A stretch of 64,000 bases of DNA from Paraspadella gotoi (GCA_051294375.1 CM119269.1:20192814-20256813); one strand, 5' to 3'; numbered from the stretch's first letter, positions 14,045 through 33,799 are shown. Notes: generated by a model from the letters alone, not told the origin. Numbers and translations are program-made.

Positions 14045-14230
14045 ATCGTCGCCCGTAATTCGCAATGGAGGAGGATTAAACGACTTTAACCTTTTGGACT
14101 TCGCGCCGTCGAAGGGATTTCCTGAAAGAGTCAAAGCCAAAACCGGAAGCGTAAGTTTGTGAAAGTCTCTCTTTCTCTCTCTCTCTTTCCTTCCTTCTCT
14201 CAATCTCTAACAGCGTGAGTTTGTGAAAGA

Positions 14231-14306
<76 letters not shown>

Positions 14307-15208
14307 TTCCTTCTCTCAATCTCTTACATCCTCTGCAGGGCGCCGGCGTCAACGACTTCACGCCGCTCCGCAGCCCGAACTCCTTCGGCGCCGATTCCCG
14401 TTCCCACAAAAAGGCGCCGGACCCAACGCCGCTCCTCTTCTTCGTGGCGCCGCCCCTGGACTCCGGCGTCGCGACTCACAAAATCCCGGCGACGTCGCCT
14501 CACAGATACAATGCGGAGTCTCACCAGACGAAGCCGGATCAGACGATTTACATGACGACTGGGTGATTGAGAAATTGACGGGGTGACTGACGGGGTGGAT
14601 GTTGGGGCGTTTGAGAGACGGGGGAAGCTAATGAACTTATATCATGAACAATGGTACAATTGCTGTCAAGATAACTGGATTAACAGAAAAAAAGAATAAA
14701 TTTTTATCAAAAATACTTTACCCCAAGACAAATGATTCTTAAATTCATGAACCAGTGAACGCGTTCACCGACTAATCCAGTAACTTGGGTTCATAGAATT
14801 ACAGTCACGAAGCGATTCTTAACATTAACTTTTAGTCATTGAAAATGTTTAAAATGCCTAGTAAATCAGTTTTTAGAATTTTCGTACATTACGTACATCG
14901 GAATGTACAACAACACTTTATGAAGGTTCCTCGACTGCACTTCACTTTGGTTACTTGTAGTGTTTCCATCATTGACAATAATCTCCTTGTTATTTGGTTA
15001 AAAATAAACGTTCTCAAAAGATTCAAAATAATTAATAAATTTCATAAAAAACCTGTTCTACTATTTTTCTATTTCGGTCAAATATAGATTTAGCCGGGAC
15101 CTCTTGCTACTAGTTGACTTCCAAACACAAGAAGATACTAGAAATGAATGCCGAGATGAACCAAATTTCGCGATATTCAAGTCGCCAAATTATTTGATCC
15201 CCAAGTAA
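14045..15208 (+). CDS. Partial unknown gene; exons ~14045-14150, 14339-14562, possibly 15094-15208; start not found
   Basis: Exons bounded by AG/GT join in frame: SSPVIRNGGGLNDFNLLDFAP..TGS / GAGVNDFTPLRSPNSFGAD..IYMTTG / RDLLLLVDFQ..IPK*. The middle exon has strong GC3 bias. Confidence 0.45.
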
Positions 15209-16002
15209 ATAAAGAAAGCGCTAACCGCCCTACGGCCTTCGGCCATCACGAAACGTTCGATAAATTTTTAGAGAAATTCTAGATTTTCCATTAGACAGAG
15301 AAAGAATTAAAAAAAAAAATTGAAATTGAAATTGAAATGCTAGTATTCTACGAACTATATACATGTAAAAAATAAATTTAAAAAAAGGACGGCGAAAAAA
15401 GAGAACTTTCCTTGTCTTTTAAATCTCATCTAAAAATCTGAATGTACGACTTCTTTGGTGGTTGGATGACAGCTGCGGGAATGTCGTCGTATCCAAGCGT
15501 CCTCCAAAGATCTGCACGCGAATCAATTAATTTTTAACTCCACTATTTTCAGGGAAGAAAAGCCTTTGATTTCTTAGTTATATACACTTCAGGAGAAAGA
15601 AATTTAATTATCTCTTAAAAACAAATGTCAACTGACGGATTGCTTCGGATTAAAATTTAATAAATATTTTTCAACCGAATCTATTGGTCTTCTAAAAGAA
15701 AAAAAACAATTTTTCCGTCGCTTTGTCTTAACATCAGTCATTCCTACTTTTGTTTTATTTATCCTTTTTTTTTTTGACATTTTCTTCTTTCTTTTGTCCT
15801 AAGCTGTCAATTCATTTACCTTACCTTAATTTCCTTTGATTTTACCTATGGAATTATCAATCTTTAGTTTTCATCTCTAAGCCTTGATTTTTGTTTTTAA
15901 TTATATAATGAATATGTCAGCCTTTTTTCTCTTGCGGCCTTCACACTGTCTCCAACTCACCTTTCCTCCAAGCCGTTCGTCTCCAGTCATCCTTGCCTAA
16001 CC

Positions 16003-19000
16003 ATGGCGACCCATAAGAGCGATAGATTCGAAGGCGTCTTCGACCTCATCGGTGAATTGGGTCCTTTCCAACTCTGGTAAGTCAACACTCATTCTATCGT
16101 TTCCCCCGAAAGTTTTCCCTTTAAAAGCTCAATTGTTTTGCTTTATAAAGGAATTACACGAAACTTCTGCTCATTAGCATATTTGCCGGGATGCAGATTT
16201 ATGCCAATAATGTTATAATCCGCCAACCAAATCAGAATTTTACTTGCGCCTGTTCTCCGGAAATCAATGGCCAAAATCAGGTACTGAAAAAGAAGCAAGA
16301 AAATTCAGTATGAAAACTTTTATTTAAAGGTAATTGTTAATTTTTTATTTTAATTTCAAGACTTCGAACAAGTTAATCAATTACAATACGGACGAAAATA
16401 TTCAATCAAATGAAGGTGACCTTTCCCCCCGAGCTCTGCATATAATTCAGAACTTAATAGCGAAAGTATTTTTATTCAACCAAAAATGATTTCATATATC
16501 CTTCTTCCTCCTTTAGCATTCGACTCCCTCAATCCTTGCAACTTCACCGACGAGGACTTCCGAGTCAGTGTGGTCGCCTCCTTCCAACTCGTCTGCGACC
16601 GGGAATACCTGATGCGACTTCCGAACTTCATCTTTTACTTTGGGAACTTCGCGGGGTCATTTTTCTTCGGAACTGTGAGCAGCGGCGTGTATGGTGATAG
16701 ACACCCTCAACAAATCCGGGTGGCCTAAGCTCATGGGGGTGAAAAAATTTATTTTAAAACAATAGATTAATTTTATATTTTTGAATCGGTAGGAAATCTT
16801 AAAATACATACATAATGTGACGATAACGTACGACCTTTAAAAGGACTCAAACCTTATTATTGTTAAGTTGTTAAGTTAATTGTAAGGGTATGGGATGAGC
16901 TTGGCTGTCACGGGGGCCAACACGCGATTGACCGTGAGTCGGTATTTTAACTTAACTTAGTTCGGATGAAGATTAAAAATCTAAAAGAGCAATATGAAGT
17001 ACGTTCTCAACGTTTTGGCTCATTTTGACTGAATTCTCCCGTCGGCCCTTCAGATCAGCGATTATTTCGGGCGTCGCGTTGCCATCTGTTCCGCCATTTT
17101 TGTTCTCTTCTCGTCTACGGCGACTCTCGCGATTCCGATGGGACTTCACTTCGAAGCTTTTCTTATACTTAGGTTTCTCGCGGGTAAAAATTCTAAATTG
17201 AGACATATTTAGACAAATCATATGGTTACAGTTTATAAACGATTATTTTACAAATTAGAGGCCGGTTCTACGGGACGCCACACCCGCAGCGGTGTCACCT
17301 CGTGGCGAGACCGCGTGTTCATGTAGTCTAGAGCTTTGGTTCTGGCAGTAGTCCCAAACCTACAGGCGGGTTACCGGGTGCATCCCACCTTCTACATGAC
17401 AACCTAAGGGGGTCGAACCAGGGACGCACATTGGGATGGTGCATTAATCCACTGAACCACTGAGGCGCTGCGATCTGTGGTGATTGGGCCACCCGAAAAT
17501 TACGATTAAATAGAAAGTAGCATGGAAATGGTTCGCAATTTAGTGCCCCCATAAAAAATTAGATTTTCTGTTCATTCGTCAGGCGGAGCGACTTTGGGCC
17601 TCTATTTATCGGCTTATGTTATGGCGGTCGAATTCATGAGTTCAAGATGGCGGACGGTGGGAGGAATTGTACCGAACATGATCTTTGCAATCGGACCCAT
17701 CATAACAGGTCAAAGAGGCCACAAGACAATAGTACAATTTATTCTTGTCATTGTTTTAAACTTGTAATCAAGAGTTAAAACAGTTTTTTTAATAACTATT
17801 TTTAGGAATTATAGCAGTTTTTGTTGACAACTGGCGCCAGCTCTGCCTTCTCTACTCCTTACCCGGACTAGTATTCTTTCCTATCGTACTCTCCTTACCC
17901 GAGTCTCTTAGGTGAGAAACGATTTCAAAACTAAAGCAAGATTTGACAGGGTTTGACAGTTATTGATCTGTCTCTACTGTATCTCTCTCTCTTTCTTTCT
18001 CTTTCGAGATGGTTACTCGGCAAACAAAAAATCTCAAAACTGAAGTCGACGTTAAGACGAGCAGCGAAAACGAACGGAAAGTTGAAAGGAGAATGGGCCG
18101 CCGCAGAATTGGATTTATTGGTGGATGAAATTGAAAGCGAAAAGAAAGAAAAGAAAGAGAATGGAACCGAGGCAAGAACCAACTTTTCGAAGGAATAAAA
18201 AAGGAATTCATATCTATACCTAATTTTTACTTATATATAATTTCTCTTTTTTTTTTCATTAGCTTCTTTTGAGCGACACTATAATGATTTTATAAATCGT
18301 AGTATAAATATAAATCGTAGTATAAATCATTTAAAAATAGTTCTCTCCTCTAGGCCAACGTTCTGCACCTTTTCAAGGGGCGTCACACGGCGGGAAAAAG
18401 TTTCGTCATTTTTGTCAACTGGATGATCGTCACCGGAGTCTTTTACGGCGTCACACTCAACACGGTGAGAATGGAAATCTCGCCTATTCTAGGAGTCGTG
18501 CTCTCGGGTAAGTTTTTAGGTGGGACGAGAGGGTCGGTTTTGGAAATTTGATTTTATAGGCCATCCTCTCCCACAGGCCTGGCGGAGTTCCTGGCCTACG
18601 TCACCCAATTCCGCGTCCTCAACTTCTTCGGGCGCAAACTCTACTACACGACTACGATGATGTTGGGCGGAGTCGTCTGCTTCAGCACGATCTTCGTTGA
18701 CGGCGACGTCGGCGCCTTCGCGCTAAGCATGATCGGTGATCTTTAATTTAATTTAATCTCTAAAAATACGCAAATTAATCTTTCTGTCTATAATTGCCCA
18801 TCCCTGTTTACAGGAAAGATCTTTTTGTCGGCCGCTTTCGGCGCCCTCTACATTTTTTCCGCCGAACTTTTCCCCACCGTTTTGAGAAGCACAGGTGAGG
18901 TGGGAGCGAAGTAAGATACTGCAGGATACTGCTAACTAATCTTTCATTTTTATTGACGGAAACAGCCGTTACTTAAAGTCGCTGCCTGTTTGTCTCTCTA

Positions 19001-21165
19001 TCTGTCGTTCTATAGACATTTTTAAGGAATTTTAAAATTTTAGTAAAAAGCACCCACCTCTAAATCTTGTACATGTGTCTTCGGAGGGTCATTGAGGAAC
19101 GAACAAAGATTTTTAGTTCCGGGCGCGGCGTCTCCATTGGGTAAGAGGAAAAGGCAAAGATGAGGAAGATGAGATGGAGCATGAAGAGGAGGAGGAAATT
19201 CAATGAAGAGGTTGCTTTGATGCAAAATCGTGAATTTGAAAATAATAAGATACGGAGTGAATAAACAAAAAATTATGAAAGAGTGAGGAGACACGATCTT
19301 GTGATTCTACTATAATTGCTTTTAGATATTTTAAACACTACGTACTTGAATTTTGTACATATTGCAAAGTACTACAGCATCCAAAAAGCATATTTACACT
19401 TAGAACAGAGGGCAAAATTATGGAGGTGAAAACATTAAACAAACGATTATTATAATCATACGCGATTTCGTCGAAAATAAACTCTTCGAATTGACGTAAC
19501 TTATTCGTCCTCATTCTTCGTCGCTTACTTCTAATTGGCGCTTGTCTGGCTGAAAAGACGAATCAAGTGTGGAGGAAAAACGTGACGTAATAAGTATGTC
19601 AGTTAAACAAGCCATTACAAAAACTAGTCGAAAAATACATTTCTTTAACCGGAAGCAGACCAAAATTGCAATTAAATCGAAAGACCGACAAACGAACTCA
19701 CTCACCTCTGAGCAGCCCGACGCCGATTCTCCTTCGCTGCAGGAACTTGGCGTCCCGTCATCGACCACATCGTCACGGACGTCTTCATCGTCAACCACGT
19801 CGCCAGCCACCTCGTCGCTGAGTACGTCTTCATTGCTGACATTGTCGCTGTCCACATCGTCGCCCTCCGAGTCTTCGCTCACAATCTGGTCGACGCGCCA
19901 AACATCGTTACTCGCCTTCCGGTACGGAGGGTCATCGTAGGTCGCTTTCCTCAATCTGCCGAGAAAAGCCTCCAGCTTGTCGTCCAGCTCCTTCACCCTC
20001 GACTCCAATCGATCCAACTCGCCGGCCTCTTCCCTCGATCCCCGCAGCGTCTCAAACCGCTCGTCAAACGCCTTCAGCCTTTGATCGATGTTACTGAGCC
20101 TCTCCGAGACGTCGGCAAAACCACTGGGGGAGTCGGGTTGCTGCGGTGGCTAAATGGAAAATTGAGAGAGAGAGAGGAGAAGGGAGAAGAGCAGTTAATG
20201 TCGGGCTAAATTCTTCTGTGGTGATCCTACGAAAATCGCCGATCGAATTGTTCAGAAATACAAATGCTCAACGACAACGAAAACTAAACAAAGAACACAT
20301 TAATATGGACTTCTATTTTAATTAAGTAATTTATCGCATTTTACTTTGACTCTTACCTTAGATAATAATCCGGTTATATACGGTTGGTCCATTTTGTCAT
20401 TTATTAAATTTTTATTACGACTTCCTTCCCATTGAACTTAACTCTTGGCTCCCGACCTCACCCTTCACCCCAAACACTTACACTTACTTTGCTCGGACCG
20501 GCGCTGCCAGCGGCGACGAGAGCGCCGACGAGGAAGGCGACCGTGACGACGAGAGGAAGAGAAAGGATGAAGATGTCGTCGGGGGCGGCGGCGTTGATCC
20601 GCTTGACGAGCGACTGGACGAAGAAGCGTGTCTTTTCCACGATCTCTTCGATGGCTGTGGACGACGCGGGCTTCTTGTAGACTACTTCGCTGTAAACTTC
20701 GTGATCTTCCAGTTTTTTCTCATTCGGAGCTGTCATTTTGTTTGAGTTTTGGTCGCTGAAAATCTATAAAAAATAAATCCATAAAACATACATCCAGTCT
20801 ATAATTACATCTCTTGTTTCTAGTTTACTGACTAAAATACATAGTAAACGTTGATACATCGAAGTCAGAATGTCTTAGTTGAAAAAAAAGTTTTAAAATT
20901 TTTTTAAATGGAATAAATCTCGCTAAAAACGGATGATGAATGCAATTTTTCGCATGTCAAGGAATATTGAAAGAACGAGTTTTTGTCACAGTCAAATTAG
21001 CCGTTGCCGAGTACGAGATCGAACGAGTCGGGGAAGTTCAGAGGAAAAACATGAACGAAACTAGAACGAAACAGAAAGAAAACGAGCAAGAAACGAAATT
21101 CAAGAATTCTTCGTTGGAGAAACTGGTTTTTAAACACGCGGCGTCAATACGCCCAGTCTCACACA

Positions 21166-21214
<49 letters not shown>

Positions 21215-22029
21215 CCGCTTTCTGGTTGTCTCTTTCCTAATCGGTGACCTTTCTAAGGTCAAATTTTACGTGGACAAAGATCGATTTACTCCTGATTTAC
21301 GTTGACCCGATCACGCCAAGCCTTGCGACAAACATGGCTCGAATGAGATATTTAAGCGTTTGACGTTTGACAAATAGATAAATCCCGAACAATTATGAAC
21401 ATAATTTTCTTGCTTTTGAAATACTCCTATTTCTCCCCCCCCTCCCAGAAAAAAAAAATTGATTGGATTTCTTAATTCATGATTCAGGAATTGGCACGAG
21501 TTCCCTGACGGCGCGAGTGGGTTCCATGGCGGCGCCGCTTTTAGTCGACTTCGCTCCCGACGCCACAACGCCGCTGGTTGTGTTCGGATGTCTGGCCGCC
21601 TTCGCGGGTAAGTAAATATAGATAGCTGGGGTTGGCATGCGGATGAGAGCGGCAAGGGTAAGTAAGAAAACGAGACTTCCCGAGCGGATGAAGTCAGTTG
21701 AGGTGACAACAAATAAGTTTGATCAGTTTGACTTCAGAAGTCATGAATGGTAAAGTCAATTAATCTTTTTTTTAACAAAATCGCGCTCTTTGTGATTTGG
21801 TTTAAACTTTAAAACTAGTAAGTTCTTAAATGTAAAACGAAATTAAAGAAATTTGATCCTAGGCCTACTCGCCCTAACCTTGCCTGAAACGGCCGGACGC
21901 CCGATGCCAGAAACGCCAAAGGAGGCGGAGCTGCGACGCCTGGAGAGTCCGTTGTCGATCTGTCGCCGGAACCCGTTACGACGCCATCCGGCGGAGGGAA
22001 AGGGCTGTGTGGACGACGCCGAGGTTTGA
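16003..22029 (+). CDS. SLC22 / organic cation transporter-like MFS protein, paralog B (13 coding exons, 2.6-kb intron 18895-21487)
   Basis: Same motifs and intron positions as paralog A (GELGPFQ, FQLVCD, SDYFGRR, PESLRWL, SAELFPTVLRSTG, LPETAGRPMPET). One GC-AG intron at 18172-18353. Confidence 0.93.
16680..16930. mobile_element. 251-bp hAT-like non-autonomous element inserted at a splice donor
   Basis: Ends CAGCGGCGTGT / ACACGCGATTG form an imperfect TIR. 8-bp TSD ACTGTGAG (16672-16679) / ACCGTGAG (16931-16938). Confidence 0.6.
17258..17468 (-). mobile_element. tRNA-derived SINE-like element (intronic)
   Basis: Minus strand head GCGCCTCAGTGGTTCAGTGG (A box) .. GGTTCGACCCC (B box), then a ~150-bp GC-rich non-tRNA body. 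No full cloverleaf. Confidence 0.65.
19511..20736 (-). CDS. Nested gene: single-TM, coiled-coil, acidic-tail protein (~243 aa); exons 20736-20488, 20149-19706, 19549-19511
   Basis: Phase-0 GT-AG introns; TM IFILSLPLVVTVAFLVGALVAAG; heptad-like VSERLSNIDQRLKAFDERFETL..LDRLESRVKELDDKLEAFL; Asp/Glu-rich tail. Confidence 0.8.
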
Positions 22030-22415
22030 AAAAACGTTTAGAAATTACGACATAAATAGATTAAAATCATATGGGCAATTTAAACTATATAGTTTTGTTA
22101 CAGTTGAATTTTAAGGATTTAATACTTTATATATAAATTTTACGCTATCTGTAACGACCACCGTAATTGTTTTAATTTTTCGATTTGGTTGCTATCGTTT
22201 TAATTAAAGACGCTTGTCAAACTGCATGTTGCATTTTTCTCTCTTTATTTCTGCACGAGTAAAGGACTGACCAAATAATTTTGTAAAATTGGAAGTGTAT
22301 TGCCAATACAATACTATTGGATGATTTTATAACAAATAATATAGTATTTTTTTTATTTGACAATTCCATTGATCTAAATAGGGAAAGAGATAGAGTATGA
22401 GAGAGAGAGAGAGAG

Positions 22416-24102
22416 TCAAGGAGATAATTCAGCGAATTTCTTCTTCCCCACTACGGAGACCAAAGCCTCGACGAATCGATCCACGTGCCCGACGACCAGC
22501 GAGCCGAGGCAAATCCTCCCGTTGGGCCACACGTAAACCCCTTCTGCCCGCATTGCCTCGGCCTGATCCGGAGTCAAGTCGAAAAAGGCGTACATCCCCC
22601 GTCCGCGGCGCAAGAGACTCCAGTCGCTTGAAGGATCGCGGGCTATCAGGCGAGAGTGGAGGTCCGAGCGGAGGGCGTCCAGGCGGGTGACGACGCGCTT
22701 GAATTGGAGAGAGTGGATGAAGAGAACAAGTGGGGAAAAAATAGAATAAGAAAAAGGAAAAAAAAATTAATATAATTTAAAAATTAAAACAATTTCATAA
22801 ACAATATAACGGGGCTTGAGTCTCTCAAATTTATTTTTTTTCTAAGGTGGGTGATTTATTTCGTCCGACGTCTCTTTCTTGACAAAGAATAATTTACGTA
22901 CGTACATATGTACGTAAGAAGCGGGAATGTAGGGAGCAGGGGAATCTGAATTAATTCTCACGATGTTCTAAACTTATTTTAGGCAGCCTGCAGCTAAGAG
23001 TCATTTGAGCTGATGAATCCTAACAATCCGGAATTACAAGGAAGACTCAGTTTTTCTAAAACTATGAAAATTATAAAACTATAAAATTATTTAATCTAAG
23101 CAAATCAGAAATCTAAAAAAAAAAAATTCAACTAGAAAAACAGTTAATAACCATATGAAGTTCTATCGTCTTTTTTCTTACCTCCATCTCCCCCCTCCAC
23201 TTCTCCAGCCTTTCTTCCTCAGCCAACACCCTCTTTGCTATGTCGCTCCCGTGCCTTGGCGAACGATTCCAACTAGAGTGGACGATCTTTAACAGTTCCG
23301 GCGTCGCTTCCGCTTCAAAGGCGGCGTCATTGGCGATACAGACGAGCGCGCCGACCCGTTGACCATAGAGTCCGAGGTTTTTAGAGAAAGAGAGCGCCGC
23401 CCAGACGACGGGAAAACCGGCGCCGTCGGCTACGAATGATCGAACGGCGGCGGCGTCGGCGTCCGAGTCGCCGGTGACGAAGCCCAAATAGGCGCAGTCG
23501 AAAAAGGGGACGTGGCCGGCGTCCCTGACAGCGTCGGCGATTTGGCACCACTCGTCGGGCGAAGGATCTATCCCCGTAGGATTGTGCCCGGACGCTTGAA
23601 GGACGACGACTGAAGGCGGCGCTGCGCGGAGATCCTTGACGAGCCCCTCTATGTCGAGTCGCTTTGTCTTTCGATCCAAGTATCGAAAGAACCCCAGCGA
23701 GAAACCTTGCGACCCGAAAATAGAGTGATGGGTTACGTACCCCGGCTCCGACAAGAGAACCTGTCGGTGTCCGTAGACTCGAGAAAGGTAGCTCGCTCCG
23801 AGGAAAAGCGCCCCCCCACCGCCGGGGGCTTGGAAGGCGAAGGCACGCCCAGCCGCGGGGGAGCCTCGGCCAAGTAGGAATTCCGTCGCGGCCCGGGTGA
23901 AGCCCACGTCGCCTTGGCAAGGGATGTAACCGTGATGGTGTTCCGGATCGGTGACAACGACCTGTTCGGCTTCGGCCACGGAGGGCGGGAAGTAGGGACT
24001 GCCCGACTCAGTGTAGATGCCCGTCAAGAGAACGACTTTAGACGGTCGCGGGTCCTCGGTGGCAAGTTGTCGGACTCTAACAACGTCCTCTTTGGTGATC
24101 AT
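22416..24102 (-). CDS. Divergent aspartate aminotransferase-like (class I PLP, GOT family) enzyme, ~400 aa; exons 24102-23182, 22697-22416
   Basis: HNPTG, FFDCAYLGF, SFSKNLGLYGQRVG (PLP lysine), GMYAF, NGRI. Single phase-0 intron. Confidence 0.92.
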
Positions 24103-24729
24103 TTTTGTGACCTTTAACTTGGTGTTTAGGGTTTAAATGTGAAGATGATAAAAAATATATTTTATTTTGTTTTGAAAATTTATCGTCAACTTTTATTTAA
24201 TCGAATTCACAAAGCACAGTCAACAGCCAGCCAGGCGCCGAACAAATGTGTTTTTTTAATTTACCAATTATCGTTTGAAGATAATTTGGGTCGTGAAAAA
24301 TACAAATGTTCTTTCTTTTGTTTTTTTCTCCGTTGAATTTGATTCTGTTATTTTAACAAGTTTTGGCAAACAATCCCGGATCATCCCACGATCATTAGCG
24401 GTAAGCAGCTGATCAGACAATTAATTAATAATTTAAATGATTAAATAATAAATTAAATAATTAATCAATAATTATTTTTTCTCGTCAAAATCGTTTTCCA
24501 CTTTGCCTCGACTCTCAACCACAAAACAACAATCTCGATCACAAAATTAATTAATAATTACAAAATAATTAATAATTAATTACTGACTGATTTATTAATA
24601 ATATATTATTGCAGCTAGAATTTACATTTAATATAAAAAGCATAATTTTAACTCATTTCCACTTGGAAGATTTCATCGAAACTTTATTTTCGGCTCAATC
24701 ACACACTTTCCTACCACAATTTTAAGTCA

Positions 24730-24965
24730 ATCGCCCCATCCACTCATAAGTAATTGTCATTCAAAGCTAACGGGGGATTGACGGACAGACAGATGGACGG
24801 ACGGACGGATGGACGGACGGACATAAATTTTTTGGCATAATTTAACAAAATTCGATATTCTGAGATGATGTAAGTGACTTACCGACAAGATTTTGGGGTG
24901 GGACCGACGGACCGACAAAGTGGATTATAGAGCCGGAATCTGCTGTAATCAGATCCGTCTCAATT
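24730..24965 (-). mobile_element. Possible DINE-1/Helentron-associated (HINE)-like element
   Basis: (GGAC/AGAC)n microsatellite followed by GACCGACAAAGTGGATTATAGAG and a terminal hairpin (GG(A)ATCTG..CAGATCC). Boundaries approximate. Confidence 0.4.
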
Positions 24966-25405
24966 CAGAAAAAATCATAGTTTTAATTTTTCTAGTCCTA
25001 TTGTACACGCCACATATAAATAAATTTAAAAGAAACAATAAAAACACTGTTAATTACTGGAAAATCGATCTAATTCTATGTTCAGCGTAAACCCTACTCA
25101 ATATCTTCCTATCAACCTTTTTTAAAAAGATTATTATGTACCAGTAGAGTAAAACCTATTAAATATTCTTGTTTTATCAAATTAAATCATTAAAATTTCA
25201 TGTGTTTTCGAGGTTATAAGCTCGTGTCCTGAACCAAAAAACAAAACAAAAAAACAAAAAACAATAAGGAAAATATAACACTTTCTTTTAGAGTCTTGTT
25301 TTTGTCTCAAAGACTCATAAACGAAGGCGAATTCAAAATCCATTGTTTATAACATCGCACATCAAAACCTCGTCTTGATCTTGAAATTTAAAACCCTGCG
25401 CGTGG

Positions 25406-25465
<60 letters not shown>

Positions 25466-25690
25466 CAAATACATATGGATTACCGAGAGATAATTGTAAT
25501 TGGTATTTCGGTAGATACGGTAAATCATCATGTAGAAGATGCAATTTTAAAAATGATTAGATAAACAAGGTATTAGTTAAACAAGGTATTAAGAGAATAC
25601 AATTAAAACGGTTACAGTAATAAGTACATAAAAATAAGTCTTACGTTTGAAGTCGAGGGCGATTTTTTATCTCCTTGTATACGAGCGTTT

Positions 25691-25746
<56 letters not shown>

Positions 25747-26195
25747 GTAAGCTTTTCGATCCAACGCGGTTCATCAATCGCCCATATTTTGTAGGCTTTT
25801 CGTTAACGCTGTTGAGGAGGGAGAAGAGGAGGAGGAGGAGAAGGAAGAAGAAGAGGAAGCAGAAAACTAAAAAAAAAGAAAAACATTGTGGTCGAAAAGA
25901 TAATTCTTTCCAGCATCTTCAGCCTTGAATCTGGTCGACGACTCCTAAGTGGAGGGTCAACCAAGCAGTTGTCTCTTCATCAATTGCAGGATCAAAGAGA
26001 GACAGAGAGCCGGAAGAACATCGGCCACAGCAGATTTGGCCCATCCGACACAAATATCACGGTGATAATCGCCCAAACAACAAGAGAGAACGATTACGGC
26101 TACGTGTCACTTTTTTTTTTTTCTACGGAAATTTCGAAGCAAAACAGAGAAGCGAGAATTTTTCTTTGGGTCGTTCGTTCTCGAGAAGAAGAAAA

Positions 26196-33347
<7,152 letters not shown>

Positions 33348-33799
33348 AGAATTATAATTTTCTCTTCTCGTTGCTTTTTTTTCTGTATTAATATTTTTAT
33401 TGCGTGTCATCATTTTTTTTTGCCTATTATTTAGAGACTGACAAAAATCACAAAAAAATATTATTTTAATTGATTAAACAATGAAAAGTTTATCCATACA
33501 TTCAATGAACAAAGCCAAGTGACTTTTGACGAGCTATTAGTATTACATAGTATTACATTAGTCTTACATAGTATTACATACATTAAATTATATGTACGTA
33601 TTCGTAATGCGAGGAAAAGTTGCTTCTTAGATTTTTTCAACTGTAAATGTTTGCTATTTTAGGCTGCTATTACGATTCTTAATCTTTTTTTTGTTCCATT
33701 TTAAACAACTTCGGTGGTATAAAACAATATTAAAAACGATTACGATTTTTTTGATTAGACGAATTTGGCTCCGGAAATTGTCGTCGTCGTCGTAGCTAT

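Noticed and set aside
17405-17468. tRNA gene
   Set aside because: A and B boxes are present, but there is no acceptor or anticodon stem; treated as a SINE head.
23009-23030. Hammerhead-like CTGATGA in the aminotransferase intron
   Set aside because: No complementary stem II arm or GAAA box follows; at most a fragment.
23381-23920. 179-aa overlapping ORF within the aminotransferase
   Set aside because: Alternate-frame shadow of a GC-rich exon.
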